Below are positions 62,645 to 64,000 of a DNA stretch of 64,000 bases, piece by piece. The number at the start of each line of letters is the position of its first letter. Position 1 is the stretch's first letter. Both the position numbers and the translations under genes were made by a program. Where the stretch lies: NCBI GenBank assembly GCA_963804165.1, contig CAWDPO010000006.1:96001-160000 (forward strand), read 5' to 3'. The DNA comes from an uncultured delta proteobacterium. Its GTDB lineage: Bacteria > Desulfobacterota > Binatia > UBA9968. The notes beneath the pieces were generated by a model. That model was not told the DNA's origin. It saw only the letters and a list, made by a program, of their open reading frames with translations, and searched no databases.

Positions 62645-62706
62645 CCGCAGTGAACGACACTTCGTGCCGCCCAAGACACGGGGATGAGGCCGATTATTCG
62701 CACCTT

Positions 62707-62760
62707 GCCCAATATCCGGTTGAGGTTCGGCGCTCGCACGGCTCAGCCGGCGCGCTAGAC
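62707..62760 (+). other. Degenerate attC-like site
   Basis: GCCCAAT (R''-like) ATCCGGTTGAG ... CTCAGCCGG CGC GCTAGAC (R'-like); inner arms CCGGTTGAG / CTCAGCCGG. Confidence 0.5.
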
Positions 62761-62830
62761 TCGCAGGAGTAGCATTGGCTGCGTACCTTGAAAGTCAACA
62801 CGCTGTCATGATAGCCGGACGTTGCAACTC

Positions 62831-63118
62831 ATGTACGAGCGCATCCTTCAGCGGTTTAGAGATAGAATCCAAAACCTGGATTACGTCGTCACTCTGCATG
62901 CCGAAGAAGAAATGGATGAGGACGGGCTCTCCGTTTTTGATCTGGAGAGCGCTGTGCTAAACGGTGAGATTGTCGAGCGTCAACGGGATCGCCTGACACG
63001 GGAATGGAAGTATGTTGTGAGCGGTACAGGTACCGACGGCGGCACCGTCGGCGTGGTCGGCAAGTTGAGCATTACAGGTTGTCTCGTTATAATCACCGTA
63101 TATAGGGTCCAAACATGA
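62831..63118 (+). CDS. DUF4258-like putative type II toxin
   Basis: YVVTLHAEEEMDEDGLSVFDLESAVLNGEIVE..KYVVSG..VIITVY; overlaps the downstream zinc-finger gene (ATGA). Confidence 0.78.
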   Translation: MYERILQRFRDRIQNLDYVVTLHAEEEMDEDGLSVFDLESAVLNGEIVERQRDRLTREWKYVVSGTGTDGGTVGVVGKLSITGCLVIITVYRVQT

Positions 63119-63360
63119 CAGTTCGAAAATCTTTGATCTGCCAAATTTGCGGCAAAAGGGGAGCGCGCGAACGTCGCGTGACACGGAGCTACGGCAGTGG
63201 CAGCAACCTGCTCGTGGTTGAAGGAGTCCCGGTGATCAGCTGTCCGCATTGCGGCGAAAGCTACTTAACAGCTGCGACTCTCCACGACTTGGAACGGATC
63301 AAGCGCGATCGCAAAGAACTCTCCGCCAGGCGGCCCGTCGCGGTTGCCAACTTCGGCTAA
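63115..63360 (+). CDS. YgiT/MqsA-type zinc-finger antitoxin-like protein
   Basis: CQICG..LLVVEGVPVISCPHCGESY. Confidence 0.8.
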   Translation: MTVRKSLICQICGKRGARERRVTRSYGSGSNLLVVEGVPVISCPHCGESYLTAATLHDLERIKRDRKELSARRPVAVANFG

Positions 63361-63434
63361 TCGATCCAACGACAATCTAATACCCCAGTTTGACCGGTGC
63401 GGTTGAGAACCGAGCCACTCAGCCAGAGAGTAAC

Positions 63435-63957
63435 CTACGTAAAATCTTCTCCCTGAACCAAAACCCGCAACCAAGTGACCGGCGTCGAATCTTGCACGCA
63501 GCGAAATCCTTTCACTTCGTTTTTCCACTCCGGCAAATAGCGGTGCGAGCAATCGCATGTGTTAGCCGGACCACAGAGGGCCTTGTAAGTTTGTCCGCCC
63601 ATATCGACGTCGGTGGAGGTCCACTCCCAAATATCGCCGCGCTTCTTGAGCTTTCCTGCCTTCGCACGTCGCCTTCCATTCATCGACGGTCGGCAACCGT
63701 CTTACCGACCAGCGGCAATACGCCGCAGCGTCGTGAAAATTCACCAGGACGACGGGATCGTCATCTTTGCCCTTGGGATAACGGCCGTGGCTCCAATACT
63801 CCGGCGCCGCGTGGCGTGTCGACAGAACGAATTTGAGATACTCGCCGTTGGTGACCTCGGTGGAATCAAATGCTGCCGCAGCGAGGAAATAAACCGGGAG
63901 AAAGAACGCCCAGAGGCGACCCAACCGGCTCGCATTTTTCGGCGTAGGAATTTGCAT
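63435..63957 (-). CDS. Formylglycine-generating enzyme (SUMF1)-domain protein, frameshift near 63655
   Basis: TEVTNGEY, PVVLVNFHDAAAYCRW..RLPTVDEW, then in the shifted frame GDIWEWT..GFRC. Confidence 0.72.
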
Positions 63958-64000
63958 GACGATCCGTGCGGCGCTTTCAAATCAGAGGGCGACCAGCCGG

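Overview
GC-rich bacterial DNA with about 55 coding regions. There are no rRNA, tRNA or CRISPR features. The content is mainly orphan substrate-binding proteins (12 with no cognate ABC importer; only one tctC has a partner, tctA), amidohydrolases, LLM oxidoreductases, GSTs and other catabolic enzymes. This profile resembles Ca. Binatia-type genomes (inference). Recognisable loci: a tricarballylate cluster (tctC-tctA/B fusion-tcuA-tcuB, with a divergent MmgE/PrpD gene), thrC, a CPA2 antiporter, an ABC-2 exporter, a hybrid histidine kinase, and a decayed integron-cassette-like array at the right end. Most notable observations: (1) an HUH/Y1 (RAYT-like) transposase bounded by 14-bp inverted repeats, each flanked outside by irregular stuttered tandem repeats; (2) three independent 'intact gene - 1.1 to 1.4 kb cargo - second copy of the gene's 3' end' structures; (3) a hidden UxxC selenoprotein with a SECIS-like hairpin; (4) 9-nt-period GAAC tracts, always sense-oriented, upstream of five genes; (5) three MITEs, one nested in a REP-like palindrome; (6) a Tat-signal-like protein with two ClpX-type zinc fingers. 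Several single-base frameshifts may be assembly errors. All family calls come from motif recognition by eye, not from database searches.
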